A stretch of 64,000 nt of DNA from Actinomycetota bacterium (GCA_016219715.1 JACRKX010000024.1:141-64140); one strand, 5' to 3'; positions 40,547 through 51,388 are shown, numbered from the stretch's first letter. A program made the numbers and translations. The notes: generated by a model not told the origin, from the sequence alone.

Positions 40547-41200
40547 ATGAAGGAACTCGCTGACGGCGTGTGGCAGCTTTCGGGCAGGCCGGCCGACAAC
40601 ATCAACATTTACCTGCTGGGCGACGTGCTCGTCGACGCCGGCACGGTGCTTGACAGAAGCCGCATCTTCAAGCAGCTCGATGGGCGCGACGTGAGCGCTC
40701 ATGCGCTGACGCACGCGCATTTCGATCACTTTGGCTCCAGCAAGGCCGTCTGTGAGCGCTACGGAGTCGAGTTCTGGGCCGGCGCCGACGACGTTGAGGC
40801 GATCGAGCGGGGGAAGATGGTCGGCAAGGTTCCCGGTCTCGGCCGGCGCATGCTGCCTGCCGCGCCCGCGCTGAAGGTGAACCGTGCATTGCGCGAGGGT
40901 GACACCGTCGGCGATTTCGCGGTGCTTGACACGCCCGGTCATTCGCCCGGCCACGTGTCCTTCTGGCGGGAGTCCGACGGCGTGCTCGTCTGCGGCGACG
41001 TGATGTGGGGATACAACCCATTCTTGATGCGCGGCGGCGTTCGCGAGCCGTATCCAGCCGTCAGTCCCGACCACGCGCTGAACCGCGAGTCGGCCCGCAA
41101 GCTCGCGGCTTTGCGGCCGCAGCTAGTGCTGTTTGGTCACGGCGCACCGTTACGCGACACCGAGCGCTTCGTGCACGCCGTCGATCAACTGCCGACCTGA
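40547..41200 (+). CDS. Metallo-beta-lactamase-fold hydrolase
   Basis: THAHFDHFG, TPGHSPGH, GD, FGHG. Confidence 0.92.
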   Translation: MKELADGVWQLSGRPADNINIYLLGDVLVDAGTVLDRSRIFKQLDGRDVSAHALTHAHFDHFGSSKAVCERYGVEFWAGADDVEAIERGKMVGKVPGLGRRMLPAAPALKVNRALREGDTVGDFAVLDTPGHSPGHVSFWRESDGVLVCGDVMWGYNPFLMRGGVREPYPAVSPDHALNRESARKLAALRPQLVLFGHGAPLRDTERFVHAVDQLPT

Positions 41201-41261
41201 TCGCTCTTTCAGCGCAGCCACGCTGGTAGATTGGCCGCTATCCGATGCGGAAGCTGATCTG

Positions 41262-42887
41262 ATGCGGCGCTGGAACGGTTGGGGCGACGAGGCCGACGAC
41301 TTTCCGCTGAAGTCCGGCGGGCGTGCGTTCCTGCGCGAAAAGCTCGGCGAGGCCCAGCCGCTTCCCGACGCGAAGCTCGACGACGTGATCGCCACGGTCC
41401 CCGCTTCCCGGCTGCCTGGGCACCCGCTGATCGACACCGACGCCGAAGATCGCGTGCGCCATGCGCGCGGGCAGAGCTTCGGCGATTGGGTCGCGATGCG
41501 CAGCGGCGAGTTCGGCACGTTTCCAGACGGCGTCGCCCATCCCACCAGCTCGTCCGAGGTGCGTGAGCTGATCGACTTCTGTGCACGCGAAGGGGTAGAG
41601 GCGATCCCGTACGGGGGCGGCACGTCAGTCGTTGGCCACCTCACGCCTAACGGCGGCGATCGCCCCGTGCTGTCGATCGACATGGGTTCGATGAACAAGC
41701 TGATCGCCCTCGATCGGACCAGCAACCTCGCGACCTTCGGCGCCGGCACCGCGGGGCCGGCGCTCGAAGCGCAATTGCGCGAGAAGGGGTACACGCTCGG
41801 ACACTTCCCGCAGTCGTTCGAGCTCTCGACTCTCGGTGGTTGGGTGGCGGCCCGTTCGAGTGGTCAGCAGTCGCTTCGCTACGGGCGTATCGAGCAGCTC
41901 TTCGCCGGTGGTCGTCTGGAGTCGCCGGCCGGCACCCTCGAGATTCCGACGTTTCCGGCCAGCGCGGCCGGCCCTGATCTGCGCGAGATGGTGCTCGGCT
42001 CCGAGGGTCGGCTCGGCGTATTGACCGAGGTGACGGTGCGCGTCACGCCCCTGCCCGAGCACGAGAGCTTTCACGTGGCCTTCATGCCGAACTGGTCGGC
42101 CGGGCGAGAGGCCCTGCGGAGGCTGGCCCAGGACAGGATCCAGCTATCGATGCTGCGCCTCAGCAACGCCGCCGAAACGCAAACCCAGCTGACGCTGGTC
42201 GGCAAGCCGAGATTGGTCGGAATGCTCAAGGGTTTCCTCCGCCGCCGCGGGCTAGACGCCGATATGTGCATGCTGACCTTTGGCGTCACCGGTTCGAAGG
42301 TGGAGTGCGACGTGGCCCGCGCATTCGCCAAGCAGCAGATCAAGCTAAGTGGGGGAGTGCTGACCGGCACGGCACTCGGCAAGCGATGGGAAGAGACGCG
42401 CTTCCGCTCGCCCTACGTGCGAAACGGCATGTGGGAGCGTGGCTATGCGATCGACACGCTCGAAACCAGCACCGACTGGAACAACGTCGGTCCGCTCGGC
42501 GAGTCGATCGAGGACGCCCTGCGCGAGGGCCTTGCCGGCGAGGGCGAGCGAGTTCACGTCTTCACGCACATCTCGCACGTTTACGGACAGGGGTCGAGCC
42601 TCTACACCACCTATGTATTTCGCGTCGGTCGCGACTACGGCGCGACGCTCGATCGCTGGCGCAAACTCAAAGGTGCGGCCAGCCGGGCGATCGTCTCCGG
42701 CGGCGGCACGATCAGCCATCACCATGGTGTCGGCACCGATCATGCGCCCTACCTGGTTGCAGAGAAGGGCCAGCTGGGCATAGCGGCGATCGAGTCACTG
42801 CTCAAAACCTTCGATCCCGACGGGATCATGAATCCCGGCAAGCTGGTCGAGACCGGTGCGCCGGTGACCGGAGACGCGCTCGCGTGA
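41262..42887 (+). CDS. FAD-linked oxidoreductase, alkyl-dihydroxyacetonephosphate synthase-like
   Basis: PYGGGTSV, GHFPQSFELSTLGGW, GSEGRLG, H.SH.Y, SHHHGVG, NPGK. Confidence 0.9.
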   Translation: MRRWNGWGDEADDFPLKSGGRAFLREKLGEAQPLPDAKLDDVIATVPASRLPGHPLIDTDAEDRVRHARGQSFGDWVAMRSGEFGTFPDGVAHPTSSSEVRELIDFCAREGVEAIPYGGGTSVVGHLTPNGGDRPVLSIDMGSMNKLIALDRTSNLATFGAGTAGPALEAQLREKGYTLGHFPQSFELSTLGGWVAARSSGQQSLRYGRIEQLFAGGRLESPAGTLEIPTFPASAAGPDLREMVLGSEGRLGVLTEVTVRVTPLPEHESFHVAFMPNWSAGREALRRLAQDRIQLSMLRLSNAAETQTQLTLVGKPRLVGMLKGFLRRRGLDADMCMLTFGVTGSKVECDVARAFAKQQIKLSGGVLTGTALGKRWEETRFRSPYVRNGMWERGYAIDTLETSTDWNNVGPLGESIEDALREGLAGEGERVHVFTHISHVYGQGSSLYTTYVFRVGRDYGATLDRWRKLKGAASRAIVSGGGTISHHHGVGTDHAPYLVAEKGQLGIAAIESLLKTFDPDGIMNPGKLVETGAPVTGDALA

Positions 42888-44383
42888 GCGGCGGTCTCGG
42901 CTCGCGCGCCGACGCCCTCGCGCGGCTGCGCGACCCGGCCGGGCGGTGGGACGTGCTGGTCATAGGCGGGGGCATCACGGGCGCAGGCATCTTGCGCGAG
43001 GCCGCGCGGCGCGGGCTGCGCGCGGCGTTGATCGAGGGCAACGATTTTGCCTCCGGCACGTCGAGCCGCTCGTCGAAGATGGTTCACGGCGGTCTGCGCT
43101 ACATGGCCCAGGGCGCCTTCACGATGACGCGCAAGGCCGTCAAGGAGCGCGAACGGCTGCTGCGTGAGGCGCCCGAACTGGTCACGCGCATGCCGGTGGC
43201 GTTCACGCTGCGAAAGGGAAAGTTTCCCGGGCGCAGGGTGTTCGGCGCCCTGATCGGCGTCTACGACCGGATGGCCGGCATCAACGACCACCGCTTCCTC
43301 TCAAACCGTGAGCTCAGCGATCGCAACCCCGGCGTCGACACCTCGCAGCTCGCGGGCGCCTACTTCTACACCGACGCGCTCACCGACGACGCGCGCCTTG
43401 TGCTCTGCGTGCTCGAGGCCGCTGTGGCAGATGGAGCCACCGCGGTCAACTATGCGCGCGCGATCGAACCGCTGCGTTCGGACGGGCGTGTAACGGGGGT
43501 GAGTGTCGCGGCCGATGGCGAGACCTTCGAAGTTGCGGCGAACGTGGTGGTCAACGCAACGGGAGCCTGGGCCGACGAACTGCGCGCCGGAATCGCCGGC
43601 GAACGCCGCATGCGGCCACTGCGAGGCAGTCATTTGATCGTGCCGCATGAGCGCCTGCCGGTCAGCGACGCCGTCACCTTCTTTCACCCCGACGACGGTC
43701 GGCCGGTCTACGCCTACGAATGGCTGGGCGTCACCGTGATCGGTACTACGGATCTCGACTTCGAAGGCGATCTCTCCGGCGAACCGGCGATTACCGAAGG
43801 CGAAGTCGAATATCTGCTTGCCGCGGCTGCCAATCAGTTCGGCAGCGCCGCAATCGGGCGCGACGACGTGATCTCGACTATGTCGGGCGTGCGGCCGGTC
43901 GTCGACAGCGGCAAAGACAAGGATCCCTCAAAGGAGACGCGTGAGGAGGCGATCTGGGTCGACGAAGGGCTGGTCACCGTAACGGGAGGCAAGCTGACGA
44001 CGTTCAGGCCGATTGCTATGGCGACGCTGAAGGCGGTCGAGCCACTGCTGGGACTGGAGGCGCCGTTGCCGCTCGATGAGCGGCCCGTATTCGACACACC
44101 TCCTTCGCGGGAGCGGGCTGACCGCGCGCAACCGATCGACGGCACGCCGTACTCGTGGGCCGATCTGCGCGCGGCCGTCGACAGCGAACAGGTCGAACAC
44201 CTTGACGACCTTCTGCTGCGCCGCACCCGGATCGGCAATCTGCTTCCAGGCGGCGGCGACGCGATCGCGACCGAAGCCCTTCAGCTATGCCGCCAGCGCC
44301 TCGGCTGGGGCGACGAACGCGTCGCCGCGGAGCGGAGCCGCTACGAGCGGATCGTTCTCGACCACTACTCGCTGCCGCAATGA
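42884..44383 (+). CDS. FAD-dependent glycerol-3-phosphate dehydrogenase/oxidase-like
   Basis: IGGGITG, DFASGTSSRSSK..HGGLRY, DDARL, GGKLTT.R, DD.LLRRTR. Confidence 0.9.
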   Translation: MSGGLGSRADALARLRDPAGRWDVLVIGGGITGAGILREAARRGLRAALIEGNDFASGTSSRSSKMVHGGLRYMAQGAFTMTRKAVKERERLLREAPELVTRMPVAFTLRKGKFPGRRVFGALIGVYDRMAGINDHRFLSNRELSDRNPGVDTSQLAGAYFYTDALTDDARLVLCVLEAAVADGATAVNYARAIEPLRSDGRVTGVSVAADGETFEVAANVVVNATGAWADELRAGIAGERRMRPLRGSHLIVPHERLPVSDAVTFFHPDDGRPVYAYEWLGVTVIGTTDLDFEGDLSGEPAITEGEVEYLLAAAANQFGSAAIGRDDVISTMSGVRPVVDSGKDKDPSKETREEAIWVDEGLVTVTGGKLTTFRPIAMATLKAVEPLLGLEAPLPLDERPVFDTPPSRERADRAQPIDGTPYSWADLRAAVDSEQVEHLDDLLLRRTRIGNLLPGGGDAIATEALQLCRQRLGWGDERVAAERSRYERIVLDHYSLPQ

Positions 44384-45969
44384 CCTCCGCGTCAGACGCG
44401 AAACGCGATCCGCTGCTGCTTGCGATCGACAACGGCACCCAAAGCGTGCGTGCGCTCGCGTTCACGCTCGGTGGCGAGCTGGCCGGTGTCGAGAAGGTCG
44501 CGATCGAGCCGTACTTCAGTGAAAACCCCGGGTGGGCCGAGCAGCACGTCGAGGTGTACTGGGACGCAGTCTGCGAGGCGTGCCGGGGGTTGCTTGGCGC
44601 GCTTGGAGTAGACGCCGCCCGGGTGGCGGGGCTGGCCGTTACCACTCAGCGTTCGACGCTGGTCAACCTCGACACCGATGGACGTCCGCTGCGACCTGCG
44701 ATCGTCTGGCTCGATCAACGGCGTAGCGCCAACCCGCCGCGCATGTCACGAGTGATCGAAGCCGGCGCGAAGCTCACCGGGCGGGGGCAGATCCTGCGCG
44801 AACTGCGTGCCGAGGCAGAGTGCAACTGGATCGCCGAATACCAGCCCGAAGTCGTCGCCGCGACGCGCAGATTCGTTTTTCTCTCCGGGTATCTCAACTG
44901 GCGGCTGACGGGTGCTTTCGTCGACTCGGCGGCGGCTCAGGTGGGATACGTGCCATTCGACTTCAAGAAGCGGCAGTGGGCCGGAGACGGCGATCCGCGC
45001 TGGCGAGCGCTGGCTGTCGAGCGTGAGTGGCTGCCGGAGCTGACGCCGGCCGGTGGCCGGCTCGGCGAGCTGACGGCCGACGCAGCCACTGCCATGGGGC
45101 TTCCGCCAGGTCTGCCGGTGATCGCGGCCGGCACTGACAAGGCATGTGAGTTGCTTGGTTCGGGGTGCCTAGATCCGTCGACCGGCGGCGTCAGCTACGG
45201 CACCACCGCCACGATCAACACCGTCAACAACCGCTACGTCGAGCCGATCCCGCCGCTGCCGGCGTACCCGGCCGCACAGCCGGATGCATGGAACAGCGAG
45301 GTGATGATCCGTCGCGGGTACTGGATGATCGAGTGGTTCAAGCGAGAGCTCGGCAGCGATGTACTCGGAAACACTGATTTCGATTCGCCCGGGGCTGGCG
45401 AAGAGGCGTTCGCGCGGCTCGAACAGCTGCTCTCGGAAACGCCCCCCGGCGCGGACGGCTTGCTGCTGCAGCCTTACTGGGGTGCCGGCACGCCGTTCCC
45501 TGGACCAGAGGCGCGCGGCGCGGTGATCGGCTTTGGCGACATGCACGGCCGTTCGCACATGTACCGCGCGATCGTCGAGGGGATCGCTCACGCGTTACGC
45601 GATGCCGGAAAGCGGCTGGCGAAGCGCAACGGCAGGTCGCTCGAGCGCCTGCGGGTGGCCGGCGGCGGCGCGCGATCCGACGCCGTAATGCAGATCACCG
45701 CCGATGTCTTCGGATTGGTGGCCGAGCGTCCGCACGTCACCGAGGCGAGCGGGCTGGGAGCCGCGATCAACGTCGCCGTCGGTCTCGGTCTGCAGCCCGA
45801 CTACGAGACTGCCGTCGCCCGCATGGTGCGAGTCGGCGACGCCTTCACGCCGGATCCGGCGAGTCACGCGCTCTACACCGAGATTCACGAGCGTGTTTAC
45901 AGCGGCATGTACAAGCGTCTGGCGCCGCTGTACCGGTCGATTCGTGAGATCACCGGGTATCCGCCTTAG
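44380..45969 (+). CDS. FGGY-family carbohydrate kinase
   Basis: IDNGTQS, PGWAEQ, AIVWLDQR, VAGGGARS. Confidence 0.92.
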   Translation: MTSASDAKRDPLLLAIDNGTQSVRALAFTLGGELAGVEKVAIEPYFSENPGWAEQHVEVYWDAVCEACRGLLGALGVDAARVAGLAVTTQRSTLVNLDTDGRPLRPAIVWLDQRRSANPPRMSRVIEAGAKLTGRGQILRELRAEAECNWIAEYQPEVVAATRRFVFLSGYLNWRLTGAFVDSAAAQVGYVPFDFKKRQWAGDGDPRWRALAVEREWLPELTPAGGRLGELTADAATAMGLPPGLPVIAAGTDKACELLGSGCLDPSTGGVSYGTTATINTVNNRYVEPIPPLPAYPAAQPDAWNSEVMIRRGYWMIEWFKRELGSDVLGNTDFDSPGAGEEAFARLEQLLSETPPGADGLLLQPYWGAGTPFPGPEARGAVIGFGDMHGRSHMYRAIVEGIAHALRDAGKRLAKRNGRSLERLRVAGGGARSDAVMQITADVFGLVAERPHVTEASGLGAAINVAVGLGLQPDYETAVARMVRVGDAFTPDPASHALYTEIHERVYSGMYKRLAPLYRSIREITGYPP

Positions 45970-46005
45970 CCGACCGCGCCGTCTTCCTGCTGCGAAACTT
46001 GTGCC

Positions 46006-47097
46006 TTGCGATTCCTTCACGTGATCGAAGGCGGCGTGGTGGCCGCTGCGCTTGCCGCGGGGGCGATCTTCGGCGGCGGCGACGAGACCGCCGGTCCGAG
46101 CGCGGCCGAGCAGGCTGCGAGCCGGATGACCACAAGCGAGTTGGTCGGTCAGCGCATCGTCACTGGCTACGTCGGCGCCAAGCCATCCTCGGCGCTGCTG
46201 AACTCTGCCCGGCGTGGCCGGATCGGCGGCGTGATCCTGTTCAAGGACAACATCCCGTCGGTGACCCGGGCGAAGCGATCGATTCGCGCCCTACAGCGCG
46301 AGGCGCGAATCGGAGAACAGCCTAAGTTGTTGGTGATGATCGATCAGGAGGGCGGAATCGTCAAGCGGATCGAATCGATTCCGCCGCGACGCAGCCCACG
46401 TCAGATCGGCCGCTCGGCCGACCCGGCCGCGGCCGCGCGCGCCGAAGGCGAGGCCACCGGCGCCGCGCTGGCCAAGCTCGGATTCAACGTCGATCTGGCG
46501 CCGGTGGCCGACGTGCCCGATCGCGCCGATTCCTTTCTCGACACGCGCGCCTTCTCGCGCGACGCCGGAACCGTCGCCGAGGCCGCCTGCGCCTTTGCCG
46601 AGGGCTTGAACACGGGTGGCGTGGCGGGTGCCTTCAAGCACTTTCCTGGGCTCGGCCGGGCCCGCGCCAACACCGATCTGCAAAGGGTGCGCGTCGATGC
46701 GACCGAAGTCCAGCTGCGCGCCGATCTTGAACCGTATCGACGCTGTCCCGCCGAGCGCCGGCTGACGATGATCGCGAGTGCGAAGTATCCAAGGCTCGGC
46801 ATCTCGTCGCCGGCGGTGCTCAATCGCGAGGCATACGATCTTCTCGCCGAGACCGGTTTCACGGGGCTGACGATCAGCGATGCTCTCGACACTCCGGCGA
46901 TCGCCGGGCGCGCTCGCCACGAGTACCGCGCCGTCCGCGCCGGCCTAGACCTCCTGCTCTACGCCCAGACACGGGGTGCGGCGACCCGCGCCTACAAGCG
47001 GCTGGTGAGCGAGGCAAAGGCCGGCCGGCTCTCGCGTACGTCGCTCGAGGCCGACGCGGCGCGCATCGTTGAGTTCAAGACGGCACTGGCTGACTGA
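46006..47097 (+). CDS. GH3 beta-N-acetylhexosaminidase (NagZ-like), secreted
   Basis: IDQEGG.V.R, APVADV, KHFPG.G, ISD. Confidence 0.88.
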   Translation: MRFLHVIEGGVVAAALAAGAIFGGGDETAGPSAAEQAASRMTTSELVGQRIVTGYVGAKPSSALLNSARRGRIGGVILFKDNIPSVTRAKRSIRALQREARIGEQPKLLVMIDQEGGIVKRIESIPPRRSPRQIGRSADPAAAARAEGEATGAALAKLGFNVDLAPVADVPDRADSFLDTRAFSRDAGTVAEAACAFAEGLNTGGVAGAFKHFPGLGRARANTDLQRVRVDATEVQLRADLEPYRRCPAERRLTMIASAKYPRLGISSPAVLNREAYDLLAETGFTGLTISDALDTPAIAGRARHEYRAVRAGLDLLLYAQTRGAATRAYKRLVSEAKAGRLSRTSLEADAARIVEFKTALAD

Positions 47098-47175
47098 GGC
47101 GCGCTGCCTGGCTTCGCTTTTCGCGGGCTGGCGGGTCAGCGTGCCCGGCCGAGACGTATGTCTAAGATCACTTGA

Positions 47176-48072
47176 ATGAGCAGCGATAACGGATCCCAAG
47201 CAACTTTCCGAGTAAAAGCCGGCCTGGCAGAGATGCTGAAGGGCGGCGTGATCATGGACGTGGTCACCCCTGAAGAGGCGAAGATCGCCGAAGAGGCCGG
47301 CGCTTGCGCCGTGATGGCGCTAGAGCGCGTGCCAAGCGACATCCGCCGCGACGGCGGCGTGGCGCGCATGAGCGACCCCGAGATGATCCGCGGCATCAAG
47401 CAGGCCGTCTCGATCCCGGTAATGGCTAAGGCCCGTATCGGCCACTTCGTCGAGGCCCAGCTGCTCGAAGCGCTCGACATCGACTACATCGACGAGTCCG
47501 AGGTGCTGACCCCGGCCGACGAGGCCAATCACATCGACAAGCATCCGTTCAAGATTCCGTTTGTCTGCGGGGCGACGAATCTCGGTGAGGCCCTGCGCCG
47601 AATCGGCGAGGGCGCCGCGATGATCCGCAGCAAGGGCGAGGCCGGCACCGGCGACATCGTCGAGGCCGTGCGCCACCTGCGCCAGATCCGCAGCGAGATC
47701 CGTCAGCTGCAGGGCATGGAGAACGACGAGCTCTTCGCCGCGGCGAAGAACCTTCAGTCGCCGTTGTCGCTCGTACAGGAGGTCGCTGAGACCGGCAAGC
47801 TACCGGTGGTCATGTTCAGCGCCGGAGGCGTAGCTACGCCAGCCGACGCGGCTCTGATGATGCAGCTCGGCGCCGAGGGCGTGTTCGTCGGCTCCGGCAT
47901 CTTCAAGTCGTCCGACCCGGCGAAGCGCGCCAAGGCGATCGTCGAGGCCACCACGCATTTCGCGGATCCCGAGCGCGTGCTTCACGCCTCCTTCGGCCTC
48001 GGCGAGCCGATGCAGTCGATCGAGAGTCGCAAGCTCGACGAGTCCGAACTGCTGGCGCAGCGCGGCTGGTGA
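47176..48072 (+). CDS. pdxS: Pyridoxal 5'-phosphate synthase lyase subunit
   Basis: [32 protein letters not shown]. Confidence 0.98.
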   Translation: MSSDNGSQATFRVKAGLAEMLKGGVIMDVVTPEEAKIAEEAGACAVMALERVPSDIRRDGGVARMSDPEMIRGIKQAVSIPVMAKARIGHFVEAQLLEALDIDYIDESEVLTPADEANHIDKHPFKIPFVCGATNLGEALRRIGEGAAMIRSKGEAGTGDIVEAVRHLRQIRSEIRQLQGMENDELFAAAKNLQSPLSLVQEVAETGKLPVVMFSAGGVATPADAALMMQLGAEGVFVGSGIFKSSDPAKRAKAIVEATTHFADPERVLHASFGLGEPMQSIESRKLDESELLAQRGW

Positions 48073-48668
48073 GCCGGCGCGCCGGACCGGTCGGCGTGCT
48101 CGCCCTGCAGGGCGGCTTCGAGGCGCACGAAAGACTCCTCCGGCCGCTTGGCGCCGAAGTTCGTCAGGTCCGCATGCCTAGCGACCTCGATGGCCTCGCC
48201 GCGCTGGTGCTGCCCGGTGGCGAATCGACGACGATGATGCTCGGCATCGAACGTGAAGGTCTCGCCGCGCCGCTTGCCGAGTTCGCCGCGTCTGGCCGCC
48301 CGGTCCTGGCCACCTGCGCCGGCGCGATCATCCTCGACGACGAGCACCTTGGATTGATCGACCTTCACTGCGAGCGCAACGCCTACGGCGGCCAGATCCA
48401 CAGCTTCGAGGCCGACCTGAAGTTCGACGGCGCCGGCGACGACCCGTTTCGAGGCGTGTTCATACGCGCGCCGCGCTTCACGCGACTTGGCGATGACGTC
48501 GTCGTGCTGGCCGAGCACGATTCGGCGCCCGTCGCAGTACGCGAGCGCAACATCTTCGCCATGAGCTTTCACCCGGAGCTCACCGCCGACGACAGGATCC
48601 ATCGCCGGTTCATTGAAATGAATCTCGTCAACAACGTCACCGACATCGATCGAAAGAAGGCCGCATGA
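48069..48668 (+). CDS. pdxT: Pyridoxal 5'-phosphate synthase glutaminase subunit
   Basis: GVLALQG, PGGESTT, TCAG, FIRAP, FHPE. Confidence 0.96.
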   Translation: MSRRAGPVGVLALQGGFEAHERLLRPLGAEVRQVRMPSDLDGLAALVLPGGESTTMMLGIEREGLAAPLAEFAASGRPVLATCAGAIILDDEHLGLIDLHCERNAYGGQIHSFEADLKFDGAGDDPFRGVFIRAPRFTRLGDDVVVLAEHDSAPVAVRERNIFAMSFHPELTADDRIHRRFIEMNLVNNVTDIDRKKAA

Positions 48669-49768
48669 GAGACCCACGCGTAGACGCGCTCGCCAACATT
48701 CTGGTCAACTACTCGACCGGCGTGAAGCCGGGGGAGACCTGTGTGATCCAGAGCGAGGTGGCCGCCGAACCGCTCGTGCAGGCCGTTTACGAAGAGGTGC
48801 TCAAGGCCGGCGGCCTGCCGATCGTGCAGCTGGCGCTGAGCGAGGGCGCTCCGGCGTTTTACAAGTACGCCAACGACGAGCAGCTCACGTGGATCCCGCC
48901 AACCGCGCAGTGGATCGCCGAGAACATCGACACCCGCATCGCGATCATGGCCGACACGAACACGCGCGCGCTCAGCAACGTCGATCCCGAGAAGCAGACG
49001 AAGGTCAGCACGGCGCGCAAGCCGCTGATGGACGCGTCCATGAAGCGCTCCGCCGCCGGCGACTACCGCTGGTCGCTAACGCTGTTCCCGACCAACGCAT
49101 ACGCCTCAGAGGCCGGGCTGTCGCTCTCGGAATACGAGGACTTCTTCTACAACGCCTGTCTCGCCGGCGACCCCGATCCGCTTACGGCCTGGCAGCGCCA
49201 GAGCGACATGGTCAAGAAGCTGGCGGCGTGGATGGAGGGCAAGAAAGAAGTCCACATCAAGGCTCCCGGAACCGACATAACGCTCGGCGTCGAGGGCCGC
49301 ACCTGGATTCCGTGTGTCGGCACGCACAACATGCCCGATGGTGAGTTCTTCACCGGCCCAGTCGAAGACAGCGTCAACGGCGTCGTCGAGTTCAGTTTCC
49401 CGGCCACCTACGGCGGCCGCGAGGTCAGCGGCGTGCGCTTCGAGTTCAAAGACGGCAAGATCGTCGACGCCTCGGCCCAGCAGGGTGAGGATTTCCTGTT
49501 GAAGATGCTCGACACCGACGACGGCTCGCGCCGGCTCGGAGAGCTGGGAATCGGCACCAACTACGGCATTACGACCGGTACCAAGGAGATCCTGCTCGAC
49601 GAGAAGATCGGCGGCACCGTTCACATGGCGATCGGCATGAGCTACCCCGAGAGCGGTGGCACGAACGACTCCGCGATTCACTGGGACATGGTCTGCGACC
49701 TGCGCCAAGGCGGTTCGATCACGGTCGACGGCACCGAGTTGCAGCGCGACGGCAAGTTTCTCGTCTAA
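48665..49768 (+). CDS. Aminopeptidase (M29, AmpT/PepS family)
   Basis: NMPDGE.FT.P, LGE.GIG.N, DEKIGGT.H.A.G, SAIHWD. Confidence 0.93.
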   Translation: MRDPRVDALANILVNYSTGVKPGETCVIQSEVAAEPLVQAVYEEVLKAGGLPIVQLALSEGAPAFYKYANDEQLTWIPPTAQWIAENIDTRIAIMADTNTRALSNVDPEKQTKVSTARKPLMDASMKRSAAGDYRWSLTLFPTNAYASEAGLSLSEYEDFFYNACLAGDPDPLTAWQRQSDMVKKLAAWMEGKKEVHIKAPGTDITLGVEGRTWIPCVGTHNMPDGEFFTGPVEDSVNGVVEFSFPATYGGREVSGVRFEFKDGKIVDASAQQGEDFLLKMLDTDDGSRRLGELGIGTNYGITTGTKEILLDEKIGGTVHMAIGMSYPESGGTNDSAIHWDMVCDLRQGGSITVDGTELQRDGKFLV

Positions 49769-50187
49769 TCGACGACTTCGCTGCGAGCGCGAAGCGCGGC
49801 TCGCCGTTTGCGCAGCATCGCAAGCCCCTGCAAGCGGCGCTCGCCGCCGTGCCGGCCATCGATACCGAGCAGTTCTAGGGTGGCCGGCGCCGGGCTCGGC
49901 GTGGAGCGAAGTTTGGCGGGCTGACGAAGGCTGGCGTCAAGCTCTTGGCGAAGCGCGAGCACTGCGATCAGATCCCACCCGCACGCCCCGACGGCGCGCA
50001 GCACGTTGGCGAAGCTGGGCTCGCGCCGGCCGCTCTCCCAGCGCGCAACGGTCTGTTGCGGAACCCCAAGCCGCCGCGATAGTTCGGCTTGAGAGATGAC
50101 CGATCGCTCCCGTGCGACCCGCACCAGTCTTCCGCCGCCGCCCTCGGCGGTGATGTGGGTTGGACCGATTCCGAGCACCTCGGGCAT
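49765..50187 (-). CDS. XRE/Cro-CI HTH protein (antitoxin-like)
   Basis: ARER..ISQAELSRRLGVPQQTVARWESGRREPS HTH; C-terminal part not recognised. Confidence 0.7.
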   Translation of the reverse strand: MPEVLGIGPTHITAEGGGGRLVRVARERSVISQAELSRRLGVPQQTVARWESGRREPSFANVLRAVGACGWDLIAVLALRQELDASLRQPAKLRSTPSPAPATLELLGIDGRHGGERRLQGLAMLRKRRAALRARSEVVD

Positions 50188-50371
50188 TCAACATCCATTT
50201 GGATGTCAGGAGTGAGACGAGTCGCGCCAATTCCGCGACGAGATCGCAACGATCTGCACAGTCACGGTGCCGGGGGCGGGCCAGGGGATCGTCGTGGAGG
50301 CAAGATGCTCGCCGCTCGGCACCATGCCGCTGAGCAAATTCAACATCCAATCGGATGTTGAATGTCAGAGC
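50185..50371. repeat. Palindrome-doublet element (ACATCC-N4-GGATGT x2), copy 2
   Basis: ACATCC-ATTT-GGATGT at 50191-50206 and TTCAACATCC-AATC-GGATGTTGAA at 50339-50362; 30-bp identity to 6768-6797. Confidence 0.85.
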
Positions 50372-50546
50372 ACTGGCGCAATGCCTCGCGCCCTGCGGTC
50401 AACACGACGCGCGCCGAGCGGCGGACGAAAAAAGAAAGTTCGTTCGATTGCATGAAACGATGTATTATTCGCGGCCGTAGCTGGCGCCGTATGCAATAGC
50501 GTCCGCTTCCCCCGTAGATCGTCCCCCAGCCAAGGAGCAGCTGCGC

Positions 50547-51383
50547 ATGTCCGGTTTCGAAGTGTTCAACAACAAAGTCGCCGTCATCACCGGTGCCGCG
50601 TCTGGGCTCGGTCAGGGATTCGCGACCGTGACGGCAGCCAATGGCGCCACGGTCGTTGCTGCCGACATCAATCTCGAAGGCGCGGAGAAGACCGCCGAGC
50701 GCATCACTGCCGCCGGTGGCAAGGCCACGGCGAAGCAGGTCGACGTTCGCGATGCCGCCGCCGTCGCGAAGCTCGTCGATGACGCCGTAGCCGAGCACGG
50801 GCGAATCGACTACATGTTCAACAACGCCGGAATCGCGGTGCAGGGGCCGATGCAGGAGATCCCGATCGAGCACTGGGACGAGATCATCGACATCAACCTA
50901 AAGGGTGTCGTGCATGGCACGTCGGCCGCGTACAAGCACATGTACAAGCAGAAGAGCGGTCACATCGTCAACACTGCCAGCCTCGCTGGCCTGGTCCCGT
51001 CTCCGCTCCTGTCGCCCTACAGCGCGACGAAGTTCGGCGTGGTCGGCTTGTCTGACTCGCTGCGCGTCGAGGCGCAGGGGACGGGCGTGAAGGTCACGGC
51101 GCTGTGTCCGGGATTCATCGAGTCCGGCATTTACGACTCCGCGCGTTACAGCGGCGGACTCAACGCCGAGATCGGGCGTAAGCAGATTCCTCTGATCGTG
51201 CCGCTCGAGGAGGGCGTCGACAAGCTGCTCAAAGGCGTCGTCAAGGAAAAGCGCGTCGTCACGCTGCCGCTGTATGGCTACCTGTTCTGGTACGGCTATC
51301 GCGCCACGCCCGTCGCGGGCATCAAGCTCAGTGGCTTTCTGGCCCGTCGCCAGATGAAGGCGATCAAGAAGGCCGCTAGATAG
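50547..51383 (+). CDS. Short-chain dehydrogenase/reductase
   Basis: TGAASGLG, NNAG, YSATK; AGGAG RBS. Confidence 0.93.
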   Translation: MSGFEVFNNKVAVITGAASGLGQGFATVTAANGATVVAADINLEGAEKTAERITAAGGKATAKQVDVRDAAAVAKLVDDAVAEHGRIDYMFNNAGIAVQGPMQEIPIEHWDEIIDINLKGVVHGTSAAYKHMYKQKSGHIVNTASLAGLVPSPLLSPYSATKFGVVGLSDSLRVEAQGTGVKVTALCPGFIESGIYDSARYSGGLNAEIGRKQIPLIVPLEEGVDKLLKGVVKEKRVVTLPLYGYLFWYGYRATPVAGIKLSGFLARRQMKAIKKAAR

Positions 51384-51388
51384 GCGAA

